Of a stretch of 64,000 nucleotides of DNA, positions 1-10,984 are shown piece by piece; the first letter of the stretch is position 1; the number at the start of each line of letters is the position of its first letter. The notes beneath the pieces are model-generated. The model saw nothing but the letters and a program-made list of their open reading frames with translations, was not told where the DNA came from and did not search any database. The stretch lies in IMG/VR virus record IMGVR_UViG_3300028888_003544. One strand, written 5' to 3'. The translations under genes were made by a program, and so were the position numbers. Origin of the DNA: an uncultured virus (IMG/VR IMGVR_UViG_3300028888_003544). Its lineage: Duplodnaviria > Heunggongvirae > Uroviricota > Caudoviricetes.

Positions 1-107
1 TCCGTCTTGCCAATCTGTCGGGCACCCTTCACTATCAGCGGCTTCCTTTTTGGGTTGTTTTTCCAATCCAAAAGATATCTGTCAATCTTTCTTTTAAGCA
101 ATTTCAT
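1..107 (-). CDS. AAA_14/DUF4143-type ATPase, N-terminus only (runs off window)
   Basis: Hand translation MKLLKRKIDRYLLDWKNNPKRKPLIVKGARQIGKT; Walker A GARQIGKT matches the ORF at 28101-29465. Confidence 0.8.
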   Translation of the reverse strand, partial: MKLLKRKIDRYLLDWKNNPKRKPLIVKGARQIGKT

Positions 108-114
108 ATCGCAA

Positions 115-189
115 AATCACATTTTCGGCTGCAAATATAAGAAATAAATCACATTTTTCGGCTATTTCTTAAAAGAAAAATCACATTTT
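115..189. repeat. Three direct repeats AATCACATTTT (115, 147, 179; 32-bp period) over the ATPase promoter
   Basis: Seen directly; minus-strand TATATTTG -7 box at 132-139. Confidence 0.75.
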
Positions 190-252
190 TAGTATTTGTT
201 ACGTATCAGGCATACCTTAGTTCCAACCTTCTTCGTCATTATTCTCCATATA

Positions 253-951
253 TTACAATTCCTTGAATGCCTCCAGCAGCATCTTCATACCCTCAGTGGC
301 TGTGGTTTTGAAGTGGGTGAAGCCCAAATGCGTGCATTGCTCCATCTCTCCTGGATCAATCACGAACTTGGGCACTTCATGGTGGGCATAGTTGATGAAC
401 CCTGCTGCCGGATAGACCTTCGGCGAGGTACCGATGACCACGAAGATGTCGGCCTTGCTCACGATGTCAATGGCAACATTCATGCTGTCAACATACTCAC
501 CAAACATCACGATATAGGGCCTCAGTTGCGAACCGTCCTCTGCCTTATCCCCCACCCTGATGGGCGTTGTCAGCGGATATTCCTTCACACATGTCGTGCG
601 GTTATCCATCGAGCAGACCTTGCTCAGTTCCCCATGCAGATGGATGACCCGTGTCGAGCCAGCCCGTTCGTGCAGGTTATCCACATTCTGCGTGATAACC
701 GTCACCTCATGCTCTTTCTCCAGTTCTGCTATCATGCGGTGAGCATCGTTCGGCTCCACCTCGGCCAGCTTTTTCCGTCTCCAATTATAGAAGTCAAGGC
801 ACTTCTGCGTCTCATTATAGAGGGCATCCGTACTGGCCAGGTGAACCCACTCCTCGTTAGTCCACATGCCATCCTTACCACGGAATGTACTCAATCCGCT
901 TTCGGCACTAACGCCCGCACCTGTCAGAAATACAATATGTTGTCGAGTCAT
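253..951 (-). CDS. cobB: Sir2/CobB-type NAD-dependent deacylase
   Basis: TGAGVSAESG, ITQNVDNLHERAG, HLHGEL, LRPYIVMFGE and IGTS motifs; start taken at MTRQ. Confidence 0.85.
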   Translation of the reverse strand: MTRQHIVFLTGAGVSAESGLSTFRGKDGMWTNEEWVHLASTDALYNETQKCLDFYNWRRKKLAEVEPNDAHRMIAELEKEHEVTVITQNVDNLHERAGSTRVIHLHGELSKVCSMDNRTTCVKEYPLTTPIRVGDKAEDGSQLRPYIVMFGEYVDSMNVAIDIVSKADIFVVIGTSPKVYPAAGFINYAHHEVPKFVIDPGEMEQCTHLGFTHFKTTATEGMKMLLEAFKEL

Positions 952-952
952 A

Positions 953-1147
953 TCACTCCATTTCGTCAGGACTGTCGTAAAACTCCATCGCTGCGAGGGC
1001 TTCATCATTATTGCTGAATTCAGAATCCTCTTCGAAGATTTCTTCCACTTCGTCAGCGACTTCTCTATTCTCCAGCTGCTCTATCTCCACCTTCTGTTTC
1101 TCGGGTGTAAACGAGCCAACCTTACCCGATTTTATTCTGTGTCTCAT
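953..1147 (-). CDS. Small acidic hypothetical protein
   Basis: MRHRIK... ORF fills the gap in the operon and ends next to the cobB start. Confidence 0.55.
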   Translation of the reverse strand: MRHRIKSGKVGSFTPEKQKVEIEQLENREVADEVEEIFEEDSEFSNNDEALAAMEFYDSPDEME

Positions 1148-1175
1148 AATTCCTATCTCCTGTTTAATACATTTG

Positions 1176-1721
1176 TTATGCTGCAAGCAGTAAAGCTGCG
1201 ATTGCTCCAAGCCCCTCTGCCGCAATTTTTCCAAGCCAACTGTCATCTGTCAGTTTATGTTCCACGATGTAGTCACGAAGTTTTAGGCGCCAGACTTTAT
1301 TCTGTAATAGTTCCCACAAATCATCATCAAAAGTCGCATAACTCACTTTCTCTTTTAGCCAGCGCTTTGATGGAGTCACACTTTCTTGTGGCTTATCCAT
1401 ATATTGTAAACGCCAGAACCCATCTGATTGAAGATGCCAAAACGGGTTTGAGATGTCTGCTGGCTTGTCAAACTGGGAGTTTCGAGTATATTGCTTCATC
1501 AGAGCAAGATACTTTTCTTCCAGCCAATCATTCAAGGTGAATTGGTTGGTCGTAAATACTCCGCCATCGACACCATCAATTAGGGCCAACAGTAACACCG
1601 GCTTGGCCACGATGACCTCACCATGTATCTTTGCCTGCCTTATGCTCATTATCCGCTTGGTATAATGTGCATAACATTGTTCGTAGTTATAGAAATGTAG
1701 TGTTCTATTCATATGCATCAT
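1176..1721 (-). CDS. Stand-alone ScoMcrA-like sulfur-binding-domain (SBD) protein, no HNH domain
   Basis: KPVLLLALID...NPFWHLQSDGFWRL resembles the N-terminal domain of phosphorothioate-dependent HNH nucleases. Confidence 0.6.
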   Translation of the reverse strand: MMHMNRTLHFYNYEQCYAHYTKRIMSIRQAKIHGEVIVAKPVLLLALIDGVDGGVFTTNQFTLNDWLEEKYLALMKQYTRNSQFDKPADISNPFWHLQSDGFWRLQYMDKPQESVTPSKRWLKEKVSYATFDDDLWELLQNKVWRLKLRDYIVEHKLTDDSWLGKIAAEGLGAIAALLLAA

Positions 1722-1951
1722 TATTTAATTTCTACCGAGCCATCTGCTTTTGTGTGTAACATACCAGATTGTTCGGCAAGGTCTAAGTCGCGAAGCGTTT
1801 CAAAGACCGACTTACCTGTACGTTGAGCCATATGACTGACAAGGAATGCCTTATTTTGGCTATTTACCCACTTACACTTCTCTTTCCAAAGATTTTCTTG
1901 AACTTCCCAGGGTTTGTATGCCATACTTCTTTCATTATAGTTTAATCCCAA
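1721..1951 (-). CDS. Hypothetical protein
   Basis: 76 aa; overlaps both neighbours. Confidence 0.6.
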   Translation of the reverse strand: MGLNYNERSMAYKPWEVQENLWKEKCKWVNSQNKAFLVSHMAQRTGKSVFETLRDLDLAEQSGMLHTKADGSVEIK

Positions 1952-2289
1952 CCTTCTTCGTCATTATTCTCCATATACCGGCTCATGCCATTGTCGTCCA
2001 TATCATCTTCTGATGCAGGATCGAAACCACGCATATTGTCATACTTCGTCGATTTGCTTGTATTTGAAGACGAAGAAGATGAATTCACTCGTGTAGACGG
2101 ATTCTCTTCTTCTTTTGATGATTCAATCTGAACGGAAATTGCTACTGTATCAGCCTGCGACTCTTCAGCTATAGGCAGACCATCAATAACCATCGGTTCC
2201 GTCTGCTTTTCTTTATTGCCACATGCCAGAAGAACTATACACGCAGATATTGCAATAAATGTCATCATCTTCTTCATCCCATCCATCAT
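1942..2289 (-). CDS. Putative lipoprotein
   Basis: KK + hydrophobic stretch + LLAC lipobox. Confidence 0.7.
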   Translation of the reverse strand: MMDGMKKMMTFIAISACIVLLACGNKEKQTEPMVIDGLPIAEESQADTVAISVQIESSKEEENPSTRVNSSSSSSNTSKSTKYDNMRGFDPASEDDMDDNGMSRYMENNDEEGWD

Positions 2290-4460
2290 ATCAAATCCTT
2301 AAAATACCCAAAGTCACCATCAACCAATATCCTTCGGTCGAGGCCAACATTTCTTTTCTCGCACGATGTCTCAGATACCATTGCACATGAGAAGCAAGCT
2401 GCATAATTCAACTGATCCTCGTTTTCCCAGCAGATTGGGTCTGAGGCACAGTTCATGGCCCTTTGCATTGCCTTACGAATAATATTCTCTATCAATTCAG
2501 GCTGACCTTGCCAAACCAATCCACCCATGCTTCCCTCTGCGCCATCCGTTGTATATATAAGTACTCCGCACATCCTGTCAGAGAAATACAGTCGTTCACT
2601 CATACTGGCAGTTGGATAACCACAAGAGAACTCCAGTTCCTTCATCAGAATATGTGAGAATGTGTGAAGTACTAAGAATCTTGCTATTCCTCCAAGCTTC
2701 ATCTCACGATAAATGCTCTCAAAGGTGTCGTCATGTTCATTCATAGCCTTATAATGCTCTTTGAACAAATCCTCGTGGCTGCTCATCCATGTCGACATGG
2801 TTTCTTCATTGAAGCTAAAGAAAAGACCCTCACCAAAGCTCTGAACCGCAGGCATCGTCAATACATCTTCTGGTGCTTCGCTGAATATCTTCATTCGATT
2901 GGGGTAATCAATTGTTCCATCGTCCTTCAATTCTGGCTGTGGCATACTGACACGCGAGAAATTAATCTGTGTATTACTTACGCCAAGCGTACTTACTTGT
3001 TGTATTTTGTGGAAGTAATGACGAAGAGGTTCTGGCAACTCAATATCATTGAATATCAGCTTGTCGTTAGATTCTAACGATTTGTTATTCTTTTGGAAGA
3101 CCTCAAATTCCTCGAATCTGTACTGTTCACGAACATCGCCAGATTCATCGCCTTTTCCCTCACCCAGAAACGCATTGATAACTTTTTGTGCTTCATCCTC
3201 GTTTAGTGTGTAGTCGCTGTCATCGGCCTTTGAAATAACATACTCAATAAGGCTGTCAAAGTCATCCTCAAAGCAATGTTCCGAATAATCCTGCTTAGTT
3301 GCCCCCGGATGCTTCTTTGTATATTTGTCAAACCACTTCTCTGTCATCAGTGTCAGCACCTTTTGCATCTTCTCATCCAGCACATTTGCTCCAGTCCTAT
3401 AATCATCAGGAATGTACAGGCTACTGAAGTTCTCTGCATAATAAACACTATTACTTGTCACCAATGCCCACTTCATGGTCGATCGTTTGTTCTTCTGCAT
3501 ACATGCTGCATAATCCTGCAGGCCAATCCCCTCCCATGGTTTGTCACCTGGGCACAATGGCTGTAGGTTCATGATACCTTCAAGGCTGACAGTCTTGCCA
3601 CAACATTTGCATTTAAGCATACCAAAGCTCTCAGTATGACTACGGTTCTCCAACCATTGCAGTTCGTGTTCACCATTATTATTCTCAGGGCAAGGGTCGC
3701 TTTCGTAGTTAAACAAATCGAAACCTTCTTCTGTCACCCGCTTCCCTTCATTGAGCTTTGCCGAGAAGTATTGTTGCCAAGGAATATCAGAGATATGCCC
3801 ATTAGGACAAATCAATACCATTGAAGACTGTTCCAACAGTTCATGGACTTTATTCTTCCCCTCTTGCAATCTTGAGTCATTTATTCTCCTATATGTTTTT
3901 GTATAAGGGTCACGTGGTGGAGCAAAATATCTGAGGTCACCGTTATTACAACCTTTTTCCTTCCATATTCTGATCCATTCCTCTACAGGCTTAAAGTCTT
4001 TTTTTGTACGTGAGAAGAACCAGCGGGGGAAAACAATGGCTGGAACAGTAAAAGTACTTTCCTCTAATTTACTGTTTGGATGTATTTCCTTGTATCTGAT
4101 GTTTGCTGGATGCTCATCCACGTTACAATTGTTGTAAGCGTCAAGGGAAATATGTGGAATAGCTACCAAACAACGCAGATGTGTCATTCCCTCTGTCGCA
4201 CGCAGGAACCCCACGAACCGATTGTCATCTATTATTTCGACTCCTGTTTCCTCAGAAACCTTAGAAGCATTCAGAAGTTCAGAACTATGCCTTTTCAAAT
4301 ACTCGGAGACAGCAGACACACTGCCCCATTTAGATGAGGTTAGTGGCATTACAAAGCCGCCCCATTTTGTAGCCACAATAGAGCCAACACCTGCATTTGA
4401 AGAAAGAACTTTGTACTTTCCAATGCCCTGATTGAATTGTCTTGTAGTCTTAATTTCCAT
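2286..4460 (-). CDS. drmB: DISARM DrmB-like DUF1998 protein
   Basis: GVGSI N-terminus, CPNGHISDIPW, LHTFSHILMKEL, GAEGSMGGL, CASDPIC...AACFSC...ETSCE. Confidence 0.85.
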   Translation of the reverse strand: MEIKTTRQFNQGIGKYKVLSSNAGVGSIVATKWGGFVMPLTSSKWGSVSAVSEYLKRHSSELLNASKVSEETGVEIIDDNRFVGFLRATEGMTHLRCLVAIPHISLDAYNNCNVDEHPANIRYKEIHPNSKLEESTFTVPAIVFPRWFFSRTKKDFKPVEEWIRIWKEKGCNNGDLRYFAPPRDPYTKTYRRINDSRLQEGKNKVHELLEQSSMVLICPNGHISDIPWQQYFSAKLNEGKRVTEEGFDLFNYESDPCPENNNGEHELQWLENRSHTESFGMLKCKCCGKTVSLEGIMNLQPLCPGDKPWEGIGLQDYAACMQKNKRSTMKWALVTSNSVYYAENFSSLYIPDDYRTGANVLDEKMQKVLTLMTEKWFDKYTKKHPGATKQDYSEHCFEDDFDSLIEYVISKADDSDYTLNEDEAQKVINAFLGEGKGDESGDVREQYRFEEFEVFQKNNKSLESNDKLIFNDIELPEPLRHYFHKIQQVSTLGVSNTQINFSRVSMPQPELKDDGTIDYPNRMKIFSEAPEDVLTMPAVQSFGEGLFFSFNEETMSTWMSSHEDLFKEHYKAMNEHDDTFESIYREMKLGGIARFLVLHTFSHILMKELEFSCGYPTASMSERLYFSDRMCGVLIYTTDGAEGSMGGLVWQGQPELIENIIRKAMQRAMNCASDPICWENEDQLNYAACFSCAMVSETSCEKRNVGLDRRILVDGDFGYFKDLI

Positions 4461-7400
4461 CGTTTCCTACTCTTATATGAAGCACAGCTTCTGGTTCAAC
4501 AATACGTAGCGACTGTGGTACTGTCCATAGGTTATCACCATTGGATTCGTCATATCCTGCAGGGATGCTAAACAATGCCGCAGCATTTTGATACTGGGTC
4601 GAATTGTACACCAACCCATCTACTTCATTGGCTTTAGCCTCCCACTGACCTATAGCTTCATCAACAAACCGAATAATATTGTCTCTCAGTTCTGGGGTGA
4701 GAAGGCCTTTTTCCAACTGGCTAATCTCCGGCTTTTGCATTCTCTCATATCGCTGGTTGAAGTAATCAGCCACCATTTGTTTAATCTGGTCGCTCAGATT
4801 GCTTTCATTGATTTTGCTGGCACTATTACGATCGGCAAGCTTATCATAGGAGTGTCTCACTATAGCTGCCAAATACAATGCAAGGTATTTCTCAACAGAT
4901 TTCTTAGAGAATGGCGTTATTGAAATTGGCTCAACATAAAAATACAGCTTTTCGTGGAACTCCCTGAACTTCTCATAGTGTGATACATCTCTCGAACGGA
5001 AAGGATTGTGAAGAGTCAGTACAAGTCCTTTCTGCTCACGAGCCACACGGGAACTAGCCTGAATGTACTCGGCAATGTTTCTTGGCATGGAGTTCATGAT
5101 AATGGTGTTAAACCTACTGACATCCAAGCCAACAGAAATCATGTTGGTAGCTAAAATGTAGTCTGGGGGAGTGCTCCCTTTAACCCATTCTCCATTCTCT
5201 TTATGAGGCAGTCGTTTCTCAATGCTCCAATCCTGACCTACCTCTGCAAATTTTTCATTTACCTCAGCACCAGTCAGGCGACCAGACAATTCTGCCTCAC
5301 TCAGCTCGTTCATTGAGTAAAAGCACTCTAACAGATTCCCAAATGGCATAACGCGCTTGAATAAGCGGCGCACATACTTTGAATACTCTGTATAGAACAG
5401 CGCATCCGTCTTACCAACCTCCTTCAGACTGTTGAAGTAGGATATAACCGAATAGTAGTTGTTAGCGGCAAATTCAAATCCTGAATCACGTGAGTGCTCT
5501 GCTTCGAAAATAGCTCTATGTACTAACAGTATCGCGGCAAGACGCATCTGTGTTGTCATTTGCGTTCTGCCTGTCGGCATAATTCCGATGTATTTACGCT
5601 TCGATATATATTTCTCCTGACCATCCTTCTTCTCTCTCTTGTAAAAGGCAAAGAAAGAATCATCATAGTCAACTCCATTATGGGGGAAAATATTTAAATC
5701 CCTGTCATACAAGGCTCGAATCTGCAAATCTGTATTGCGAGTCGTGGCAGTAGAGGAAATAATTTTGGGCCTTGTTCCGTCTTTTCGTGTACATAGTTGG
5801 TCAATAGCGCATTCAAAAAGGCTAACTGCTGAACCTAATGGACCTAGCAACAAATGTAACTCATCTTGGATAATGAGATCTGGCGGAAGACAATTAATGC
5901 CATGCCCGAAAATACGGCGAGAGTCTTTGTTCTCTTCTTTTGGTTTTGTAGATACTCTATGTGCTATAGCTGCAAATTTATCAACAGTACCGAACAATAA
6001 GGTTGGCGGTTCTTTGTAGATGTGCTCATCGCAAAGGCGTACAGGCAACTCGTCAGAGAATGTACATGTGTCATTTGCATTCGAACAGAAATATAACTTC
6101 TTCTTTTGTGAATATCTCAGTTTTGAACCGCACCAGGGACATCGGTCTAAAGGAATCTTTGTCTTATTCTCACCGTCCTCTCGACGGTCCCATTTTATGG
6201 ACTCATCATCCAGTCCATCCTTTCCGTCAACTTTGTTCGGAAGGGAATTGGAACCCACATATAAACCTATAGAGATAGGCTTTGCGCCTAAATCGAATTC
6301 TTCTTTTTTCTTACCCCATCTTCGCATCTGTTCCAAAGCCAAGATGAGTCGCAATGCTCTCTGAAATTGTTGAGTCGTCAGCAGACGAAGTGTATATCTC
6401 ATTATCGCAGCAACTCCATATCCTTGTTCACCATGCATCCTGCGTCGATAGATAATGCACAGCGCAATGATTCCAAGGTAGGCCTCAGTCTTACCACCAC
6501 CAGTTGGAAACCAAACCAGATCAACTAAGTCATTACGCTTTTTCCAACCATTATCTTGTGGATGGTTGATGATACCATCAAGATTTAACAAGATAAAAGC
6601 CAACTGGAAAGGTCGCCATGCGGCATGTGGAGAAGAAGGGAATATGTTATCTTGGGCTTGTTTATAGAAGTTTTCGTTCAAATTTGGGTCGTCATCAATG
6701 ATTATTTTCTGATTATCCTTCTTGTTATGCCATAGTTGCATAAACATGGCAGAATTCATCAATCTGAAACAGCGCATATTCTCTTTATTAATGGAGAGAA
6801 TATTGTCAACATTATCTTTCATGCGCTGCATATCACTTTTGCATTTAGATAGATTATCCAATGCAAACACCCTGTCATTTACATCTGTAATACGTGCTTC
6901 ATTTTGAGCAATCCAATCCTCATATAGACCTATGAAATTCTTTAATCCGGAAATTATCTCAGGGTCATTGGCCTCAGAAAATGTGGATAAGTACTTAAAC
7001 TGAAGACATCTGTCATCAGTTAAATATGGTTGGGGAATAATCATGTCCCCCTTTTCAATATATTCACTATACTTTTTCCTGGGAACAGGTTCTATGTCTG
7101 GAGTTTCAAAAGAGGGGATAAATTCAGACCAGATGTGATTAACTTTCCCATCCGCATCCTTTTCCCAATCAACAGAACAGAGGTGTCCCACTCCATAATC
7201 ATTAATGGAACGATATAGGAAATTCAATTTATCCTCGTCTTTCTTGACATCTTTGTAAGCATTGCCTTCGTGATACGGGCACAGGAACTTACTCTTAAGA
7301 TCAATATGGATTCCGAAGAAACATAGTTTGTTAACTTCTTCATTTACAATTGAAAAATAGTTCTTTGGAGATTCACGGAATGGTGAGGAATCGTTCACAA

Positions 7401-8559
7401 TCAAAACCTTTAGATATAGGTTTTGGTCTGTCTTGTCCTTACTATTTCTTGTCACTTGCAACCAAGCCGACAATGCGACATTTTTACCTTCCTCCAAGTC
7501 TACGGAATAGAAATGGTTTAATGTATCATTGTCTTTTGGCTTAAATATCTGTTTAGCAACATTACTACTTTCTGGCTTTATTCCTTCCAGATTTAAAGTC
7601 GTACTGAAATCATGGGATTGCCAGAAACCAAAACCTTTATGGTCATAAAGCTCTATAAGGTTATCAAAATAGGACAGGAACGTTTCATACATTTCAACTT
7701 TATTAAGTTGATTAAGGACTCGCTGTTTTTCTTCATCTGTGAGATATAATGGTATATCGTGGTCGTCACTGTCTTTTTCATAATGAATATGATTAAGATA
7801 CTTGTTGAAAAGAACCTCACGATATGAAAGTAAGAATCTGTAATTTGGGGGAATCTGAGTAAAAATTGGGTCAGTCTCACCCTCAATAACGGCTAACTTC
7901 GCTGCACAATTCATATTCATTGTACGAAGCATGTCCTTAACCTGTGATACATTCTTGTTAGGAATTGGATATATTTTAAGCTTACCGTCGTTATAGTTGA
8001 AATATTGGTGAAGAATAGGATTCTCTTTAAAGAACTGCTCAAACTGAGTAAGATGGTTGCTTACTAAGACCTGAACCCTTTGCTTATCACCGCGGACAAT
8101 TTTGGTATAATATCTTCCCGAGACAGTTATTTCCACATCTTTCGATAAACTTGCCTCTGGAACCAAGCAACATGAGATTCCTACTGTATTAGGAAATCTT
8201 CTGCTTAAAGAATAGACATCTTCATCATCTACTTCATTTCCTAAATCTCCATTCTGTTCGTTACTATCAGTGCGCAGAAGTTCATCGTCATCTTCCTGAC
8301 CATTTGTTGATACAGTTTCATCGTCAATATCTGCTTCCTCTGATGAATCTTGTGAGGCAAACATGCCCTGAGCCTTGGGTGGGAAAAGTACTGCCGTGCT
8401 ATAAATCGAACCAGGAGTAGTGTTAATCACTTCACCATCGAATGATTGGCCCTCTTCCATTTCTATGGAAAAACGTCCTCTACACCCATTGGGGCCTATC
8501 ATTTGTTCACGGATGAAAGACTCCAAAGATTCTCTTTTAATATCAATTATGTTATTCAT
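4450..8559 (-). CDS. drmA: DISARM DrmA-like SF2 helicase
   Basis: WRPFQLAF, WFPTGGGKTEAY, RYTLRLLTTQQFQR, IIQDELHLL, ATNMISVGLDV, YIQASSRVAR; overlaps drmB. Confidence 0.85.
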   Translation of the reverse strand: MNNIIDIKRESLESFIREQMIGPNGCRGRFSIEMEEGQSFDGEVINTTPGSIYSTAVLFPPKAQGMFASQDSSEEADIDDETVSTNGQEDDDELLRTDSNEQNGDLGNEVDDEDVYSLSRRFPNTVGISCCLVPEASLSKDVEITVSGRYYTKIVRGDKQRVQVLVSNHLTQFEQFFKENPILHQYFNYNDGKLKIYPIPNKNVSQVKDMLRTMNMNCAAKLAVIEGETDPIFTQIPPNYRFLLSYREVLFNKYLNHIHYEKDSDDHDIPLYLTDEEKQRVLNQLNKVEMYETFLSYFDNLIELYDHKGFGFWQSHDFSTTLNLEGIKPESSNVAKQIFKPKDNDTLNHFYSVDLEEGKNVALSAWLQVTRNSKDKTDQNLYLKVLIVNDSSPFRESPKNYFSIVNEEVNKLCFFGIHIDLKSKFLCPYHEGNAYKDVKKDEDKLNFLYRSINDYGVGHLCSVDWEKDADGKVNHIWSEFIPSFETPDIEPVPRKKYSEYIEKGDMIIPQPYLTDDRCLQFKYLSTFSEANDPEIISGLKNFIGLYEDWIAQNEARITDVNDRVFALDNLSKCKSDMQRMKDNVDNILSINKENMRCFRLMNSAMFMQLWHNKKDNQKIIIDDDPNLNENFYKQAQDNIFPSSPHAAWRPFQLAFILLNLDGIINHPQDNGWKKRNDLVDLVWFPTGGGKTEAYLGIIALCIIYRRRMHGEQGYGVAAIMRYTLRLLTTQQFQRALRLILALEQMRRWGKKKEEFDLGAKPISIGLYVGSNSLPNKVDGKDGLDDESIKWDRREDGENKTKIPLDRCPWCGSKLRYSQKKKLYFCSNANDTCTFSDELPVRLCDEHIYKEPPTLLFGTVDKFAAIAHRVSTKPKEENKDSRRIFGHGINCLPPDLIIQDELHLLLGPLGSAVSLFECAIDQLCTRKDGTRPKIISSTATTRNTDLQIRALYDRDLNIFPHNGVDYDDSFFAFYKREKKDGQEKYISKRKYIGIMPTGRTQMTTQMRLAAILLVHRAIFEAEHSRDSGFEFAANNYYSVISYFNSLKEVGKTDALFYTEYSKYVRRLFKRVMPFGNLLECFYSMNELSEAELSGRLTGAEVNEKFAEVGQDWSIEKRLPHKENGEWVKGSTPPDYILATNMISVGLDVSRFNTIIMNSMPRNIAEYIQASSRVAREQKGLVLTLHNPFRSRDVSHYEKFREFHEKLYFYVEPISITPFSKKSVEKYLALYLAAIVRHSYDKLADRNSASKINESNLSDQIKQMVADYFNQRYERMQKPEISQLEKGLLTPELRDNIIRFVDEAIGQWEAKANEVDGLVYNSTQYQNAAALFSIPAGYDESNGDNLWTVPQSLRIVEPEAVLHIRVGNDGN

Positions 8560-8560
8560 A

Positions 8561-10984
8561 TCATGTTATAGTTACGACGTTATTCATTTTTATTTCATTG
8601 CGAAGTAATGATTGCAAAGTGGCTAAGTCGCCAACATTGCGGAGGTTTAGCAGATCATTTATATCACTATCTTTATAGTCATCGAACAAATCTTCATCAA
8701 CATCTGCCAACAAAGTGTCTTGGAGGAATTGATCCATCATGCTGTTGAATCTCCTTGTGCCGTTTTTCGTAGCAGCCTTCTTACTCCTCATTATTGAAAG
8801 ATACGGGGATATAAGTCCAAACCCTAAATACTCAAAGAGCTTCTGTTGACAAACCTTTTGTAAAGGCAGAATCATATTTGAATCTAAATCGGCCCAATGG
8901 CAGAATTGGCTCTTTTGTATTCTATTTGACTCTTTCAATCCCTTCATGACAGAATCATATGCATTGTCAAGCCCCTCTTTTTCTATCTTTTTTGAGAGAA
9001 GAATTTTCCACAAAATAATCGATGAGTCACGCTCTTCCTCAGTGATTTTACCTAATTTGTATTGCGATTCCCGAATTACCTTTTCGCGGAAATCATCCTT
9101 TTCTGATTGTAAATCTATAAAAGACTTAAGCTCGTTTGCGACATCATCCAATTTCTGCAACCTTTTAATGTCTTGGAGAATCCCCTTTTTCTTTATTTCA
9201 GTTAGTCGGTCTATTTGTGTTATCCCATTATCTGTTTCGTAGATTACGAAGTCTGTCTCAGGAATATTGAATTTACTGCCATCATCAAATTCTCCCTTGA
9301 CATATACAACAGCTCGCGATGTGCTGCGTTCATCACTAAATTCGTATTCACCCTTAGTTCTTCTTATAGAAGGCTTAACAGGACGTGGCACTTTGCCAAA
9401 AAGTGTGTTTCTTAGTTCTGAATCCAACAAATCTGCTTTATATTTATCGTAGTCGTATTTATCCCATTCATACATGTCATTAAACGCTACTCCTTGTATA
9501 ATGTCATGAATGAACTGGTCTTTACGTACAGGTATAGGGTCAAAAGAATTTGGGAACTTTGCATATGACTCTCTGACATAATGCGGGCGATATTGCAGAA
9601 CAATTACACGATTTTCTTTAATAGCATTATTCCCGTTTATTGGCTTTAAAGCAGAGTAGTCATAATACTTCACCTCTAATCGTGGAGAATATTCCTGTAG
9701 GCAAGTTGTTAATGCTCTTTTCATGGACAAATCAATGCTCTTATCCAATACTATAGCTATTTTTAGTTTTTCTCCAAACTCATCTCGTGTTTTGCTCCTT
9801 ATCAGTTTTTCCTTAATGATACAATTATGAATTATCGGTTTAACTGCCTTGGTGGCTCTTTCTAGTTGCCATTCTATTGACATTTGATAGTCATCGTCGT
9901 TATAATCAGGAAAAGATTTGTGAAGATAACTTGAGTATAGAGATATAAGTTCGTCACTTAGGCATAAAGAGAAACGGTTACGCTCTTGAATCCTGTATTC
10001 CGATTCATCAAGTAACGAACCAAGCACATCAGAAAACAGTAACTGGTCATCAGGGATAAAAATGTGCTCATATGAATTGTTCCTACAAAACATATAGTTG
10101 CTCTCTTCCTCGTCGAAAGTAATGTAATGGGGGTATTGGTAGAATTCTTTTTCACTTACCATGGGGAATTTCCGACAGAAGCCAATCCCTTTACTTATAG
10201 AATGACGAAGATGGAAAGGCTTTTTTGAGAAAGCAAAGACGAAACAGTTCTTTAACCCCATCTTGTATGCCGTATTCCAGCGTTCGAGTGAGCTTTCTTC
10301 TAACGAATTGACTTTGTCGTTATTCGTATAGAACACAAAAAGGTTATCCACCATAACATACTCATCATCTCTTTTGTGCTCTCTAAGCTGGTCTCGTATA
10401 TCGTCAGCATCGAGATTATGGCACATAATCAAGTTCTTTTCAGTAAAGAGGTTGTCGGTTTCACCATAGAACTCAGAGATGAATTTATGCTTATCAGCTC
10501 TGGATACTTGCAAATCTCCTTCTCCGCAAATTATTATGTTCTTGTGTCCTTTCTCGCCAGAATAATTATCTGTTATACTACCCAATGTTTCTCGGATGTA
10601 TTTAGCACATGGGACAGCGTACTGTTTCATGTGTTTTTCGTCTTCTTTTGTTCGAAGTACGATATTACGCATAGACGCAGCTCTTCTTTTAAGAAGCTCT
10701 CTATTATCATCGTTGTAATACAAAGATAACTTTAGAATAAGGAATTTCAACCACACTTCGCGAGCCCATTCTGGGGCATGTGGCATATAGATGATTGGGA
10801 AACAGATTTCTCCATCTTCTGCCTTCCTATTCATATAATAATCCACAATGCTGTTCATCACGTTTATGAATCGACGAGCCGATTCCTTTTGTGTATGAAC
10901 CATTGCATTGATGATGGAATCGACCTCTGCAGATGATTGGTTGGCAATATTTTTAAATTCTTCTGTCATAGGAGCCGATATCAA
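8561..10984 (-). CDS. DrmE-like protein of unknown function
   Basis: 807 aa directly upstream of drmA, the position and size of class II drmE; C-terminal WK.LL...W......P pattern recalls DrmE. Confidence 0.5.
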   Translation of the reverse strand: MISAPMTEEFKNIANQSSAEVDSIINAMVHTQKESARRFINVMNSIVDYYMNRKAEDGEICFPIIYMPHAPEWAREVWLKFLILKLSLYYNDDNRELLKRRAASMRNIVLRTKEDEKHMKQYAVPCAKYIRETLGSITDNYSGEKGHKNIIICGEGDLQVSRADKHKFISEFYGETDNLFTEKNLIMCHNLDADDIRDQLREHKRDDEYVMVDNLFVFYTNNDKVNSLEESSLERWNTAYKMGLKNCFVFAFSKKPFHLRHSISKGIGFCRKFPMVSEKEFYQYPHYITFDEEESNYMFCRNNSYEHIFIPDDQLLFSDVLGSLLDESEYRIQERNRFSLCLSDELISLYSSYLHKSFPDYNDDDYQMSIEWQLERATKAVKPIIHNCIIKEKLIRSKTRDEFGEKLKIAIVLDKSIDLSMKRALTTCLQEYSPRLEVKYYDYSALKPINGNNAIKENRVIVLQYRPHYVRESYAKFPNSFDPIPVRKDQFIHDIIQGVAFNDMYEWDKYDYDKYKADLLDSELRNTLFGKVPRPVKPSIRRTKGEYEFSDERSTSRAVVYVKGEFDDGSKFNIPETDFVIYETDNGITQIDRLTEIKKKGILQDIKRLQKLDDVANELKSFIDLQSEKDDFREKVIRESQYKLGKITEEERDSSIILWKILLSKKIEKEGLDNAYDSVMKGLKESNRIQKSQFCHWADLDSNMILPLQKVCQQKLFEYLGFGLISPYLSIMRSKKAATKNGTRRFNSMMDQFLQDTLLADVDEDLFDDYKDSDINDLLNLRNVGDLATLQSLLRNEIKMNNVVTIT

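Noticed and set aside
253..951. Sir2 as a defence NADase (ThsA/DSR)
   Set aside because: Short stand-alone CobB-type deacylase with no fused sensor domain
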